Source: a virus. From it: 64,000 nt of DNA. This document shows, piece by piece, positions 1-9,712 of this stretch (the first letter of the stretch is position 1; the number at the start of each line of letters is the position of its first letter). The notes beneath the pieces are model-generated. The model searched no databases, had not been told where the DNA came from, and was given only the letters and a program-made list of their open reading frames with translations. The stretch covers positions 1 through 64,000 of IMG/VR virus record IMGVR_UViG_3300005573_001011, one strand, 5' to 3'. Made by a program: the position numbers and the translations under genes.

Positions 1-334
1 TTAAAAGTGATTGTCTTTGTCTTTTTAAAATGTTTTTCTGGTGGCAAAAAACTCTGTGTCAACAGAGTTTTGCCGCCTTATATTTATATCATATTTCATA
101 TCTTTATTTCCTATTTATATATATAGCTGTACTAAAAAATTCTTGAGTCGGTTTTCAATGATTTCAACTAGTTACAACAATGCAAATTCCTCCAAAAGTA
201 CAAAAAAAGTACAAAAAATCCAGTCTCTTTCTCTTCATGACTAAAATTACATGCACTCTATGATGCAATAAACATACAGTTTATGGTACAAGCATACGCT
301 TCAAGAGTGTTTTACATTCACTACGAAAATCGTT

Positions 335-505
335 AGATCTAGTCTGGACTCGTTTTTCCTGTTTTTTGCATAGAAAATTTACCAAAAGAGAGTACAGACT
401 AGATCTGAAAACTACCGAAAAGAGCACAGACTAAGTCTAAAACTACTGAATTTGCTTAGATCTGCTCTAAATTACCAGATTCAGTCTGAAAAAATGACCA
501 GATTC
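335..505. repeat. Degenerate ~30-bp direct repeats plus an inverted copy (iteron-like, candidate origin)
   Basis: 381-413 accaaaagagagtacagactagatctgaaaact is followed by 414-444 accgaaaagagcacagactaagtctaaaact, then weaker copies to ~505. 335-351 agatctagtctggactc is a 16/17 inverted copy of 390-406. Confidence 0.6.
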
Positions 506-1694
506 AAACTGAAAAAGTAGATTCTACTTGATCTTGAACCCATTCTTCATCGCAAACTTCTTCTTCATGCGCATACTCAGTTTGGTCTTCTTCCTGTATT
601 TTAGTTATGTCTTGTACTTCTCCGAGAAAATCTCGTTTCTTGAAAGAAAAGATTAAACCCTTCTTTGGGGTGTATATTTCTTTAGGATCCTCTATAAACT
701 TTTCGTCAGCCAACTCTTGTAGCACTTTCCTAACTATATATTTAACTTCAGGATCACCTGGTCTGAAAACAAAGCGGTTCGTTATGTCTCGTAAGTCTAC
801 CAAAACAGTACTACCTATTCGATTGTTTACTACTAGAGTTCTGCAGAATAACTGAGCTTCTGGTGAGAGAGTATAGAAACTATGGGGAAGAATATTAACA
901 AAACCAGATAGACAGTTTCTGTAGAAAAAGAACGATAACCACGAGTTTGAGTCTATAATATAGACTCTCGATCTGACCTTTCCATCTGCAGTCTTCCTTT
1001 CTTCGTCAATTTTTACTGAGTACAAGTTACAGAGGTTTGGTTTATTACTATTGCCAATTGTATCGTATTTTTTCTTATCTTCGTCGTAATACTGCACACA
1101 GAAGTTCATTGTAAGCAAGCATTCTGAAGTTTGTAAAAACAAGTCTCTCAGTTGATTTGAAGAGTACTTTCTCAAGAACGGAATATCTCGTCTTAAGTCG
1201 TCGTCATCTATAACTACAGAAGGTGGTTTCTGGATGCAGACGACTTCGTTATTTTCTGTAGTGAAGGGCTTTTCGAAGATCGTTTCAATTTTTTCACCAT
1301 TTTTCATTCTTTTTATTAAAGATTGTAGGGTATTTTTAGAAAGCTGACTAGCTGCTTCCTTGACTCTTTTGTCTTTTTGCGTTGGCAAAAACCTGCAGTA
1401 GTCAATTTTCCAAGCAAAACAAGTATAGTTAGTGTGCATAATAGCTGTAGCTATAATGTCCATGATTATCCAGTTTTCGTAGTCGAACTTAGCTTTCTCT
1501 AAGTGAAAACCAATACGTCCGAAGTTAGTTTGCAGTGGCAGTTGTGCTTTTCTGCGTCGTGTAGCTGGTGTTGGGAACATGAACATGCACAAACTTTTTT
1601 CCGATGCTAATCTAGTCACTTTCTCTAGTGAAAACGAAGTTGTTTTCCACTTTTTCGTAGTTGCACTATTTTGCATTCTTTTATCCTCCTTCAT
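504..1694 (-). CDS. Hypothetical protein, possible replication-initiator-like winged-helix protein
   Basis: 396-aa ORF. The C-terminal LSPEAQLFCRTL...DLRDIT...VRKVLQELADEKFI pattern resembles Rep/TrfA-type wHTH. Adjacent to the iteron-like repeats. Confidence 0.35.
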   Translation of the reverse strand: MKEDKRMQNSATTKKWKTTSFSLEKVTRLASEKSLCMFMFPTPATRRRKAQLPLQTNFGRIGFHLEKAKFDYENWIIMDIIATAIMHTNYTCFAWKIDYCRFLPTQKDKRVKEAASQLSKNTLQSLIKRMKNGEKIETIFEKPFTTENNEVVCIQKPPSVVIDDDDLRRDIPFLRKYSSNQLRDLFLQTSECLLTMNFCVQYYDEDKKKYDTIGNSNKPNLCNLYSVKIDEERKTADGKVRSRVYIIDSNSWLSFFFYRNCLSGFVNILPHSFYTLSPEAQLFCRTLVVNNRIGSTVLVDLRDITNRFVFRPGDPEVKYIVRKVLQELADEKFIEDPKEIYTPKKGLIFSFKKRDFLGEVQDITKIQEEDQTEYAHEEEVCDEEWVQDQVESTFSV

Positions 1695-1869
1695 TCGCTT
1701 TTTTTAATTTCGAAGTTTTCGTTGCGCCTATTTTTTTGTTCTCTATTATTCAGTCTTAGTCTATATATATTCCTTTTCCAAGGAAAGAAATAAGATTTTC
1801 TTTCAGAAAAATCTTTTCAGATCGTAATTCTAGAGTAATGAACAAATAAGAGAAGAAGGGAGAATTAAG

Positions 1870-3741
1870 ATGGAGAGTGAGAGAGTTTGGCTAAACCAAA
1901 ACGTCTTGTTTTTTAAAGACGTTTTTTATGGTTCGAACTGTTCTTTAGAAATAGGCTTATCTAGTAGCACTAGCGACTTCAAGACGTTTACACCTCCGTC
2001 ACTAGTTGTGTCAGTTATAGATGCTGGGTATAGAAGAACAGTAAACTTGAATTTCCAGTTTGTAGTAGAACTAGCAATATTTTTAGAAAAATTACTAAGT
2101 TCTGAGCCTCCCCAAAACTTTACTCTAAAAGTTGGAGACAGAGTGTTATCTCTGTCTAGTAGTAGAAGCGAAATATCGCCAAAAGTGTTCTCTATAACGG
2201 TAGGGCAATCTGAAGCAGACTTCAGTAAAGTATGCGTAACCCCACAAGTAATCTATTCTCTATCTAATTTGACGAAAGAGCTTAGTCTCAGATTTGTCGA
2301 CATTTCATTAATGTTCTCTTGTAGAACACTGTTGTCTGTTTTGAGTGATAAGTTAGACGAAGTTAGAGATTTACTAAAAGTTCGTCATGTAAGTGAACCA
2401 GAACAGCCACGACAAGTAGTTCTGCAGGAACGGGACCAAGAAAGAGCTAGTGAAATTATGTCACAGCTCGAGTCCTTTGTCAATCTTTCTTTAGACACTA
2501 TTAAAATCCCCGAGTTAGAGAATTCCGCTAAGCCAGCTGCACCAACCGCAGTTCAAGAGAGTTCCCAAAGTGATTTTATATTTCGTGCTCTAAACGGAAA
2601 TGTAAAAGTCTTAGAAGATTTCATTCTATCTTCCACGACTAACTTTTCCATTTTCCTCCTTCCTTCTCTGCTTAAGAAAGACGTCACAGAGATGCTTCCT
2701 GATATTTCAGAGTTAGATTTAAAGTCGGCTGCTTATATTAGCAAAGTCTTCTTCGCAAGTGCTTCATGGTCATACATTAACAAGAAGGTTAGCTTCCCGA
2801 AGTCTATACCAGTTCTAAAGTATAAAGTTCTACCGACAACAGTTATTCCAAATTCAGTGATTGATTTAGCTTACGATTTATTCGTTCTGTCTGGCTATCT
2901 CAGGATTACTAGCCAGAGGTTATCTGCAAAAGAGTCAGACTCAGTGAAGAACAAGACTCTTATTTATTTTGCTTATAGATGTATGACTGACCTCTTTTGC
3001 TTTAGCTTCTTAGAAAACTTGCACGTAGAAACGATAAGAAGCTGTGTGTTGCTTAAGTTTAGAGAGTACCAGCAGAACGGGTTCTTTAGACATCTAGAGA
3101 GCTACTTCGAGTCTTATAACGTTGCTAAAATTACTGAGAGCGATATAAATACTTTTGTAGACGAAATTAATGCTAGAGTTCTGAAGAAAGGCATCTTTGT
3201 TCGAGAACTACATGAAGAAAACTACAAAAAGAAGACTTTGATGCTTCCCTATGAGAATAGTTTGTCTGTAGAACAAATTCTAAATGAGGTCGTTCCGTTA
3301 GAAGTAGCTAGACTAGCTGGTGTGGATGTAACTAGTGGAGATATAAGCAAATTCGTTGATGTAGAAAAAATGTCTCAAGAAGTAAAAGAATTGCTGGGAA
3401 AGAAAAGAAGTGCAGAAAAGAGAGAGACGAACATTCTCAGGTTTTGCAAGTTCTTTAAAGACGACATTCCTGAAAAGTATAGAGACTCTTTTCTAGATTA
3501 TGTGTCGAGCTTGACTACATCGGACGAATTCTCGATGACTAAGTTTAGATTGGAAGAATTTCCAGATTCTATAGTAAAGGGAATTTACGTTTGGAATACT
3601 TCGCAAAAGACAGAGCCGTATCCGGTTTTCTTCGAGAAATTCGAAAAGTGCATAATGCTAAAATCTGAGATTTTGGCTCTGCCAGAGAAGAAGTCTTCTG
3701 AGTCTTGGATTTCTTCTCTTAATACAATCTTAGAGAAGTGA
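1870..3741 (+). CDS. Hypothetical phage protein (623 aa)
   Basis: Long ORF with RBS and upstream GAACAAA motif. No recognisable domain motif. Confidence 0.7.
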   Translation: MESERVWLNQNVLFFKDVFYGSNCSLEIGLSSSTSDFKTFTPPSLVVSVIDAGYRRTVNLNFQFVVELAIFLEKLLSSEPPQNFTLKVGDRVLSLSSSRSEISPKVFSITVGQSEADFSKVCVTPQVIYSLSNLTKELSLRFVDISLMFSCRTLLSVLSDKLDEVRDLLKVRHVSEPEQPRQVVLQERDQERASEIMSQLESFVNLSLDTIKIPELENSAKPAAPTAVQESSQSDFIFRALNGNVKVLEDFILSSTTNFSIFLLPSLLKKDVTEMLPDISELDLKSAAYISKVFFASASWSYINKKVSFPKSIPVLKYKVLPTTVIPNSVIDLAYDLFVLSGYLRITSQRLSAKESDSVKNKTLIYFAYRCMTDLFCFSFLENLHVETIRSCVLLKFREYQQNGFFRHLESYFESYNVAKITESDINTFVDEINARVLKKGIFVRELHEENYKKKTLMLPYENSLSVEQILNEVVPLEVARLAGVDVTSGDISKFVDVEKMSQEVKELLGKKRSAEKRETNILRFCKFFKDDIPEKYRDSFLDYVSSLTTSDEFSMTKFRLEEFPDSIVKGIYVWNTSQKTEPYPVFFEKFEKCIMLKSEILALPEKKSSESWISSLNTILEK

Positions 3742-3747
3742 AGTGAT

Positions 3748-4359
3748 ATGCTAACTTTAGGAAAAGCGTTCGATAGAAGTTACAGTTTGAGAGTTGCATT
3801 TTTAGACGGCTTCTACAACATTAGCATCTTCTTCAATAAAAAGTCTGCTTTCCTGCTGTTTGCTCTCGATGGTGATTTTCCTCCTAGTTGTAAAGTAGAG
3901 AAATCCGTTAAAGTTAACATGTTCAAGAATCTGGAAGCTTCTAGATTTTGTGCAACATTCTTAAAGCTGCATAACTATCGAAACCAGTCGCTCGATATAA
4001 TAAACCAGTTCGAATCTATTAGACCAGACTACGAATCTTACGTAGTAATGACTCTTAACGAAACAATAACTTTAGCTAAGTTTAAAGAAGAGACTAAAGA
4101 GTACTTTGACTCAGTTACATTGTATGGTTTTACGATGCCTGCTTACTCTAATGAGTTTATCTTCTTGATAGCAGAAAGACAAAATATTGTAAGAAAGCTA
4201 CGGAAAAAAGTGGTAAGATCCACTGGATTGCAGATAGCTACATCTTCGTCTATCCAACTACTTAACGATTTCTATCAAGACTCTATGAAGGGTAAGCAAG
4301 GTGCAACACCTCAAGCTTTTTGCGGAACTATAAACCTCACTGCAGAGTGCGAAGAATGA
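3748..4359 (+). CDS. Hypothetical protein
   Basis: 203-aa ORF directly downstream of the previous gene. Confidence 0.65.
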   Translation: MLTLGKAFDRSYSLRVAFLDGFYNISIFFNKKSAFLLFALDGDFPPSCKVEKSVKVNMFKNLEASRFCATFLKLHNYRNQSLDIINQFESIRPDYESYVVMTLNETITLAKFKEETKEYFDSVTLYGFTMPAYSNEFIFLIAERQNIVRKLRKKVVRSTGLQIATSSSIQLLNDFYQDSMKGKQGATPQAFCGTINLTAECEE

Positions 4360-4513
4360 CAAGTTTTGTCAGCTCTTCTTAGTGGTATTAGCGGATATAA
4401 GAAGAGTTATTCTAGAAAGAAAGGAGGTGAATGTGCGAATTAAACGACTGGGTTGAGAGTCGTTAAATAACTCAACTAAAAAGAAACTAAAAAAAGTGAA
4501 AGGAGAAAGGAAA

Positions 4514-5410
4514 GTGAAGAAAGCGGTGTTTACGATTTTGGCTATTGTGTTGATGTCTACCCCAGCCGTAGCGCTGGACTTTGGATACTCAATTAGTAGT
4601 TCCGAATATAGTCAATCAACGAGTAACGTTACTACAAACGCTAGTTCGTACCATGGTATTGGAGTTGTTGGTAGTGGATCTGCCGAAGGCTCAAATTGGG
4701 CTGGTGGTCAGGCTTCTACTATATACAACGGTATTACAATTACTCCACCCAGTGGTACTGTTTCAGTTAAGGGTGGGTCTACTGAGAACTTTGGGGAAGC
4801 GCTTGGGGGCTTCGAGTTTTCAATCCAGACAGGAAACAAGAATTTCTTGTTCTTTATTCCTCCTGTGGCTGGTGCCATTGCTGGATCCGAAGGAAGTGTG
4901 GAACAGTGGAGTAACAATGCATCTACAATAGTTGCAGCCCATGGGGCAGCTAGCAGTGGTGCATCTCAAAGTAGCTCTGCTGGATTTAATGGTAGTGGTG
5001 CTTCTTTATTGATTGGGAAGAATAAAGGTCCTGTAACAGGTTCGTTCACTGGTGACTCATTAGTTGAAGGTTATACTTACTCTTATTCGTATAAGGGTAG
5101 AACTGGTGACACAATATTTGTCGGTACAGCTTCTGGTGCTGGAAACTCAGCTGAAACTATCATTACTGGTACTGGTAGTGGCTATGCTAGTGGAAGCGGC
5201 CAGACTTCTGGTGGGTCAGCTATTAACTCAGTAGTTGGAAATAATCATGCTCCTCTTTATGGGTCGACTTCTGGTATGTATGCAGGCCAATTCTCTTACA
5301 ATGGAAATGGCTCAGGATCTGTGTCTGGCTACAGTATTTCCTTTAATACGTCGCTACCAAACGGAGGAGTTTTTGGTACTTCGACTGGAATTTCCGTAAA
5401 TGGTAAGTAG
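4514..5410 (+). CDS. Secreted Gly/Ser-rich protein
   Basis: GTG start after AAGGA. Classic signal peptide KKAVFTILAIVLMSTPAVA, followed by a low-complexity G/S/A-rich body. Confidence 0.7.
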   Translation: MKKAVFTILAIVLMSTPAVALDFGYSISSSEYSQSTSNVTTNASSYHGIGVVGSGSAEGSNWAGGQASTIYNGITITPPSGTVSVKGGSTENFGEALGGFEFSIQTGNKNFLFFIPPVAGAIAGSEGSVEQWSNNASTIVAAHGAASSGASQSSSAGFNGSGASLLIGKNKGPVTGSFTGDSLVEGYTYSYSYKGRTGDTIFVGTASGAGNSAETIITGTGSGYASGSGQTSGGSAINSVVGNNHAPLYGSTSGMYAGQFSYNGNGSGSVSGYSISFNTSLPNGGVFGTSTGISVNGK

Positions 5411-5471
5411 TTAAACTAAAAGTCCTGGGCATGACTATAAACTGCCCCAACTGAATAAAAAGGAGATAATT

Positions 5472-6332
5472 ATGAAGATGAAGATGATGTTAGTTATGGT
5501 ATACTTACTAGCTTTGCCTGTTATGGCATTCGCTGGTAGTTCGTCTACATCTAATGCTTCTGCTGGTGCTGAAGCAGTCACTGGTCCTTCTAGTGCGTCT
5601 ATAGACTTTACTATCAACAATCCTCCTCAGCCTCCTGGAATGAACCGACAGATTCCTCAATCAGTTCAACCCCAGTATGGTCCAGTCCTTCCGTACTTTG
5701 GTACGTACGGAAAAGGGTGGAACATATTAGACGATATTAGAGCTATCCTTCCTCCTAAAGGGATGGATCCTGTTATAACGATGCAAGAAGCTAAAAACAT
5801 GGTCGCGGGCTCAACTAAGGTAAAAGTTCGTTTACTTAAGAAACTTGACTATTCGTTCGAAACTTGTAGGGTTTATGCAAATGGTACAATCCCCGAGAAG
5901 TATATCGTTATTGGAGTGGTGTTTGCCCAAGCTAAGGGAGAAACTACCATTGATGCTCTTGGTGCTGCGTTACTAGCTGCCATGGAAGCTGGAGGAAATG
6001 CGGTTATTCCGCTAAAGAATACAGCTGATCCTAAAGTGAGCTCTTGGGGTGTAGGATTAGGGTTAGCGTATACTCGGGGCGGATTGAGTGGAAGCGAGAA
6101 AGAAAGCTTAGACTCAGGGTCAGGAGGAACTGGAATTGCTTATTCCTCTGTAACTCCAGAGCTGGTTCCCGGAGTTACGCTTCTAGTTATACAAGATGAA
6201 AAAGGAATAGCAGGAACGAAAAAAGCAGGTTTGGCGTCTCCTAAAGCTGAGCTTCCTTCTAGTCAGAAGGATTCATTTAAATGTATTTCTACTAGCACAC
6301 ATCAAGCACCTGCTGAATGTTTTAAGAACTAG
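5472..6332 (+). CDS. Secreted hypothetical protein
   Basis: AGGAG RBS, signal peptide ending AMA/FA, Pro-rich linker. The AALLAAMEAGGNAVI segment is reminiscent of YbjQ/dodecin-like folds. Confidence 0.7.
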   Translation: MKMKMMLVMVYLLALPVMAFAGSSSTSNASAGAEAVTGPSSASIDFTINNPPQPPGMNRQIPQSVQPQYGPVLPYFGTYGKGWNILDDIRAILPPKGMDPVITMQEAKNMVAGSTKVKVRLLKKLDYSFETCRVYANGTIPEKYIVIGVVFAQAKGETTIDALGAALLAAMEAGGNAVIPLKNTADPKVSSWGVGLGLAYTRGGLSGSEKESLDSGSGGTGIAYSSVTPELVPGVTLLVIQDEKGIAGTKKAGLASPKAELPSSQKDSFKCISTSTHQAPAECFKN

Positions 6333-6344
6333 TCTAGTACCATG

Positions 6345-6376
6345 GAGTGGAGGGACTTCTTGTCTCTCCACTCTTA
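6345..6376 (+). terminator. Hairpin, putative intrinsic terminator
   Basis: gagtggaggga-cttcttg-tctctccactc immediately after the 6332 stop. Confidence 0.5.
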
Positions 6377-6415
6377 AAATTATTTTTGGCACTTTTTTTT
6401 GGAGTAAGAACGACA

Positions 6416-7645
6416 ATGGCAGACGATATTCTTGACGACAATGATGTAATGATAACTGAGCGTTACCATTACGAATTCATCCATAATGTTTTTGGACACT
6501 TTTTTCACGACTTGCTAGAATACTTTAGTACATACTTATATCCGAGGTTCGAATGGAAAGTAGTTGGTACGTACGATAAAGCAGTGCAGTGGTTCTATGA
6601 GCAAGAGCAGTTAGGACATGCACCAGATATGCCTAACAGGCCAGCTCTCATTCTTAATCCAAGCGGTGAGATGTACTTCGATGAAGCTGGCCATTCGGCA
6701 ATGCAGCTTTGGAGATTCCCTAACTTAGCGCCAGGTTTTGTCACTCGGCTATATGATCCTATATACCAAGACGAAAATCTAATTGTTACTCCTGGCTTCA
6801 GTCGTTTTAAGGGTGAAGTTGAGTTTCTTGCTCTTGTACCGTCTTTCTACGAGTACGTTGACCTAAAAGTTTTTTTGTTGCTAATTTTCGGAGGAAGAGA
6901 TCGATACATCTATCCAAGATTCTTTAATTCTTTTATAATTCTTCCGCAAGAACTCATTGATTACGAATACACGCGTGAAGATGGTTCGAAGTATAAAATA
7001 GATTGGCAATCTCATGGAGCTACAGAATCTCTAATAAAAACTGTCGACAAGACTAAGCTCGTTTACCCATGCAGAATTAGGCCTCGTCTTCGCCTGACAG
7101 GTATGACTGACGCTTCTACTAGACTTGGTGGTTTAGAGAGGTTGCCAGATTGGAGATTAGCTTGGACTGTTGAGTATGAGATTGAAGTTCCGTCATTTCT
7201 TATACTCAAGAGTGACTACCTTCTTGAAGATATTCACTTTGAAGTAAGATATTCGTCATGCTTTTCTGAAAACGACTTGGTTACTCCACCACCCGAAGTT
7301 AGAGAAGTGTGGGATAGTTACTGGTCTGCTTTTGATTCGACTTCCGGGGAAGTTATTTTGCCAGAGCAAGCTAAAATAAAGGGTAGAGTTACTCTACAGA
7401 TGAAGAATAGGTATTTTCATCTTGTATCTTCTAGCGAAGCCGGCAGTACAGGAACGCTAGATCTTGCTCTACCAGAACAAATTCTTGACAAGAGTGCTCT
7501 ACTTCTTTATACTAAGACAGGAGAGCAGCCGTACGATTTCTGGAGTCTTAAAGACAACGGCTGGACTTTGTCAATCAATAGAGAGAGAGTTCCTCTTCAG
7601 GAAGGTGACATTTTAGAGCTATACGTTTATCAACCAACAACGTAA
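6416..7645 (+). CDS. Probable virion structural protein (tail-completion/terminator-like)
   Basis: Likely start is MADDILDD. The RPALIL...beta-rich...WTVEYEIEVP pattern resembles tail terminator folds. Inference only. Confidence 0.4.
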   Translation: MADDILDDNDVMITERYHYEFIHNVFGHFFHDLLEYFSTYLYPRFEWKVVGTYDKAVQWFYEQEQLGHAPDMPNRPALILNPSGEMYFDEAGHSAMQLWRFPNLAPGFVTRLYDPIYQDENLIVTPGFSRFKGEVEFLALVPSFYEYVDLKVFLLLIFGGRDRYIYPRFFNSFIILPQELIDYEYTREDGSKYKIDWQSHGATESLIKTVDKTKLVYPCRIRPRLRLTGMTDASTRLGGLERLPDWRLAWTVEYEIEVPSFLILKSDYLLEDIHFEVRYSSCFSENDLVTPPPEVREVWDSYWSAFDSTSGEVILPEQAKIKGRVTLQMKNRYFHLVSSSEAGSTGTLDLALPEQILDKSALLLYTKTGEQPYDFWSLKDNGWTLSINRERVPLQEGDILELYVYQPTT

Positions 7646-7654
7646 TCTCTTTTT

Positions 7655-8179
7655 GTGGGGGAAGGTTCTGTGTCCAAAAAAATACTACTTATGCCAGTCA
7701 TTGGTGCTGTAATACGAAGGAAAAGAGAAAACGGCGTGTGGGAAGTTCTTTTAGTTCGAAGACCGTCGTATGACAAGTGGCCCCTTGTATGGGAGTTTCC
7801 GAGGGGTAAATGTGAGTTCGACAAGACTTTAAAGCAGTGCCTTAAAAGAGAAGTTAAAGAAGAAGTTGGTTTGGATGTTGTAATTGAAAGATTTATAGAT
7901 ACGTATGAGTATGTAGCTGACGAAGGTAAGCGAAGGAGTAAACAGTACAATTTCCTGTGCTCTTTGCTTGACGAAAAACAACAAGTGGTTTTAGACCAGA
8001 AGGAGCATGACCAGTACAAGTGGGTCGCTTCAATGGGTGAAGTTGAGTTATTAGCTGTTCCCGAAATGAAAAAGACGCTATCGAAAGTGTTAAATGTCTC
8101 ATCCCAAACTTCTTCGTACCCAAAAACTTCGGCACAAAAAATTGCTGAATTTTTAGATAAAATGTGGAGAAAAACATGA
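7655..8179 (+). CDS. NUDIX hydrolase
   Basis: Nudix box WEFPRGKCEFDKTLKQCLKREVKEEVGL. Confidence 0.9.
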   Translation: MGEGSVSKKILLMPVIGAVIRRKRENGVWEVLLVRRPSYDKWPLVWEFPRGKCEFDKTLKQCLKREVKEEVGLDVVIERFIDTYEYVADEGKRRSKQYNFLCSLLDEKQQVVLDQKEHDQYKWVASMGEVELLAVPEMKKTLSKVLNVSSQTSSYPKTSAQKIAEFLDKMWRKT

Positions 8180-8685
8180 CGAAAGTGGAAGTGAAAACGC
8201 CAGGATTAGTTATCGACATACATGGAATGAAGCCTGTTAGGACGCCAGCTGTTTTTCTTGCTCCAGATAACATGATTCCTCTTGTCGAGGCATATCTAAG
8301 TAAGAACGGTAATGTAGACTATCGCATTGTTCGGGAAGACGGGGCTAAGACTACGGAAGAAAATCCTCCTAACACGAAAGTACTAAGAGGTGCACAAGTA
8401 GTAGATCCCATCCTTTCTAGGCTTGACGCAATTGACGAAGTTCTGCGCATTATCTTAAAGAATACTCCTTTTTTAGAGAATGTTGAGCCTGCGAAAAAGA
8501 GACCTGGCCGACCAAGTAAAAAGAACAAGGAAACAATAGTAGAAGATTTCATTCCATCTTTAGATACCACACTAGAGTCGAAGTTCTTCTCTTCTAGAAG
8601 TCAAAAGCTAAGTGACATAAGCCAACAAGTAGAAGAGTTAAAGAAGTTGCAGAAAACAAAGAAGGAGGAAAAGTCTCATGACTAA
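8176..8685 (+). CDS. Hypothetical protein with basic patch and C-terminal coiled coil
   Basis: KKRPGRPSKK patch. Overlaps the start of the actin-like gene. Confidence 0.6.
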   Translation: MTKVEVKTPGLVIDIHGMKPVRTPAVFLAPDNMIPLVEAYLSKNGNVDYRIVREDGAKTTEENPPNTKVLRGAQVVDPILSRLDAIDEVLRIILKNTPFLENVEPAKKRPGRPSKKNKETIVEDFIPSLDTTLESKFFSSRSQKLSDISQQVEELKKLQKTKKEEKSHD

Positions 8686-9697
8686 AGAAGACGTTTTGTG
8701 CTTGGGGCTTGACATAGGAACAATGAACCTTGTCTGTGCTCGTAGCGATACAAATGAAATAAAAATAATAAGGAATGTTTTTCTTCCAGTTGAAGAAGAA
8801 GCCGTTCTGTCGGAACTCACCTCTATAAACTACGTCAAGTCGCAAGACGGAATTTTCGTGATAGGTGACGACGCGTTTCGTCTTGGAAATATCTTTGGTA
8901 AAGAAGTTTCTAGACCCATGGAGAAGGGTTTGATTTCTCCAAAGGAAGTGAGTGCAATAGATGTGCTTGCATTGATGGTAAAGAATCTTATAGGTGAGAT
9001 AAAAGCGGAAACGTACTGTTCTTACAGTGTTCCAGCTGAGGCAATAGATGAGTCTCGGTCCATTACATATCACGAAAGAGTTTTCGGAAGAATTTTAAAC
9101 TCTTTTGGAATAAACTATACTTCTGTAAACGAAGCGATGGCTGTCATCTATTCTGAGTGTGCAGCCGAAAGCTTCTCTGGAGTTGGAATAAGCCTTGGGG
9201 CTGGAATGTGTAATGTGTGCATTAGCTACAAGGGTGTAGAAACGACAAAGTTTTCTACTGCTAGAAGCGGAGACTGGATCGACAAATCCGTAGCTGAGAA
9301 TCTAGGCGTCGTACAAAATCGTGTTACTGCTATAAAGGAAAGGAATTTAGACTTAGAAGCTGGATTTAAGTCGTGTCCGGATAAAAAAGTACAGAGAGTT
9401 CTAGAAGCTTTGGAGTACTATTACGATGCCTTATTAAACTATACTGTCAAAAGAATAATAGAAGAGTTCGAAAAACAAGTTAGCATTGAAATAGAGGAAG
9501 CTCTTCCGATAGTTATTTCTGGTGGAACTTCTATGCCAAAAGGGTTCTTGAACTTATTTAAGAGTGTTATCTCAAAGTACAAACTCCCGTTCGAAGTTTC
9601 GGAAGTAAGGTTGGCTAAGAATCCTTTAACTGCTGTAGCACAAGGACTGCTAGTTAAAACAATAGCAGATGTTAAATCGTTCGTGAAAAAGGGTTAG
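8678..9697 (+). CDS. Actin-family ATPase (MreB/ParM/MamK-like)
   Basis: Phosphate-1 GLDIGT, connect-1 VNEAMA, phosphate-2 SLGAG, adenosine ISGGTSMPKGF, connect-2 NPLTAVAQG. Confidence 0.85.
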   Translation: MTKEDVLCLGLDIGTMNLVCARSDTNEIKIIRNVFLPVEEEAVLSELTSINYVKSQDGIFVIGDDAFRLGNIFGKEVSRPMEKGLISPKEVSAIDVLALMVKNLIGEIKAETYCSYSVPAEAIDESRSITYHERVFGRILNSFGINYTSVNEAMAVIYSECAAESFSGVGISLGAGMCNVCISYKGVETTKFSTARSGDWIDKSVAENLGVVQNRVTAIKERNLDLEAGFKSCPDKKVQRVLEALEYYYDALLNYTVKRIIEEFEKQVSIEIEEALPIVISGGTSMPKGFLNLFKSVISKYKLPFEVSEVRLAKNPLTAVAQGLLVKTIADVKSFVKKG

Positions 9698-9712
9698 AAA
9701 AGAGGAGGAAAA

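Noticed and set aside
41-244. 67-aa ORF at the window start
   Set aside because: Low-complexity AT-rich sequence with no RBS, probably non-coding.
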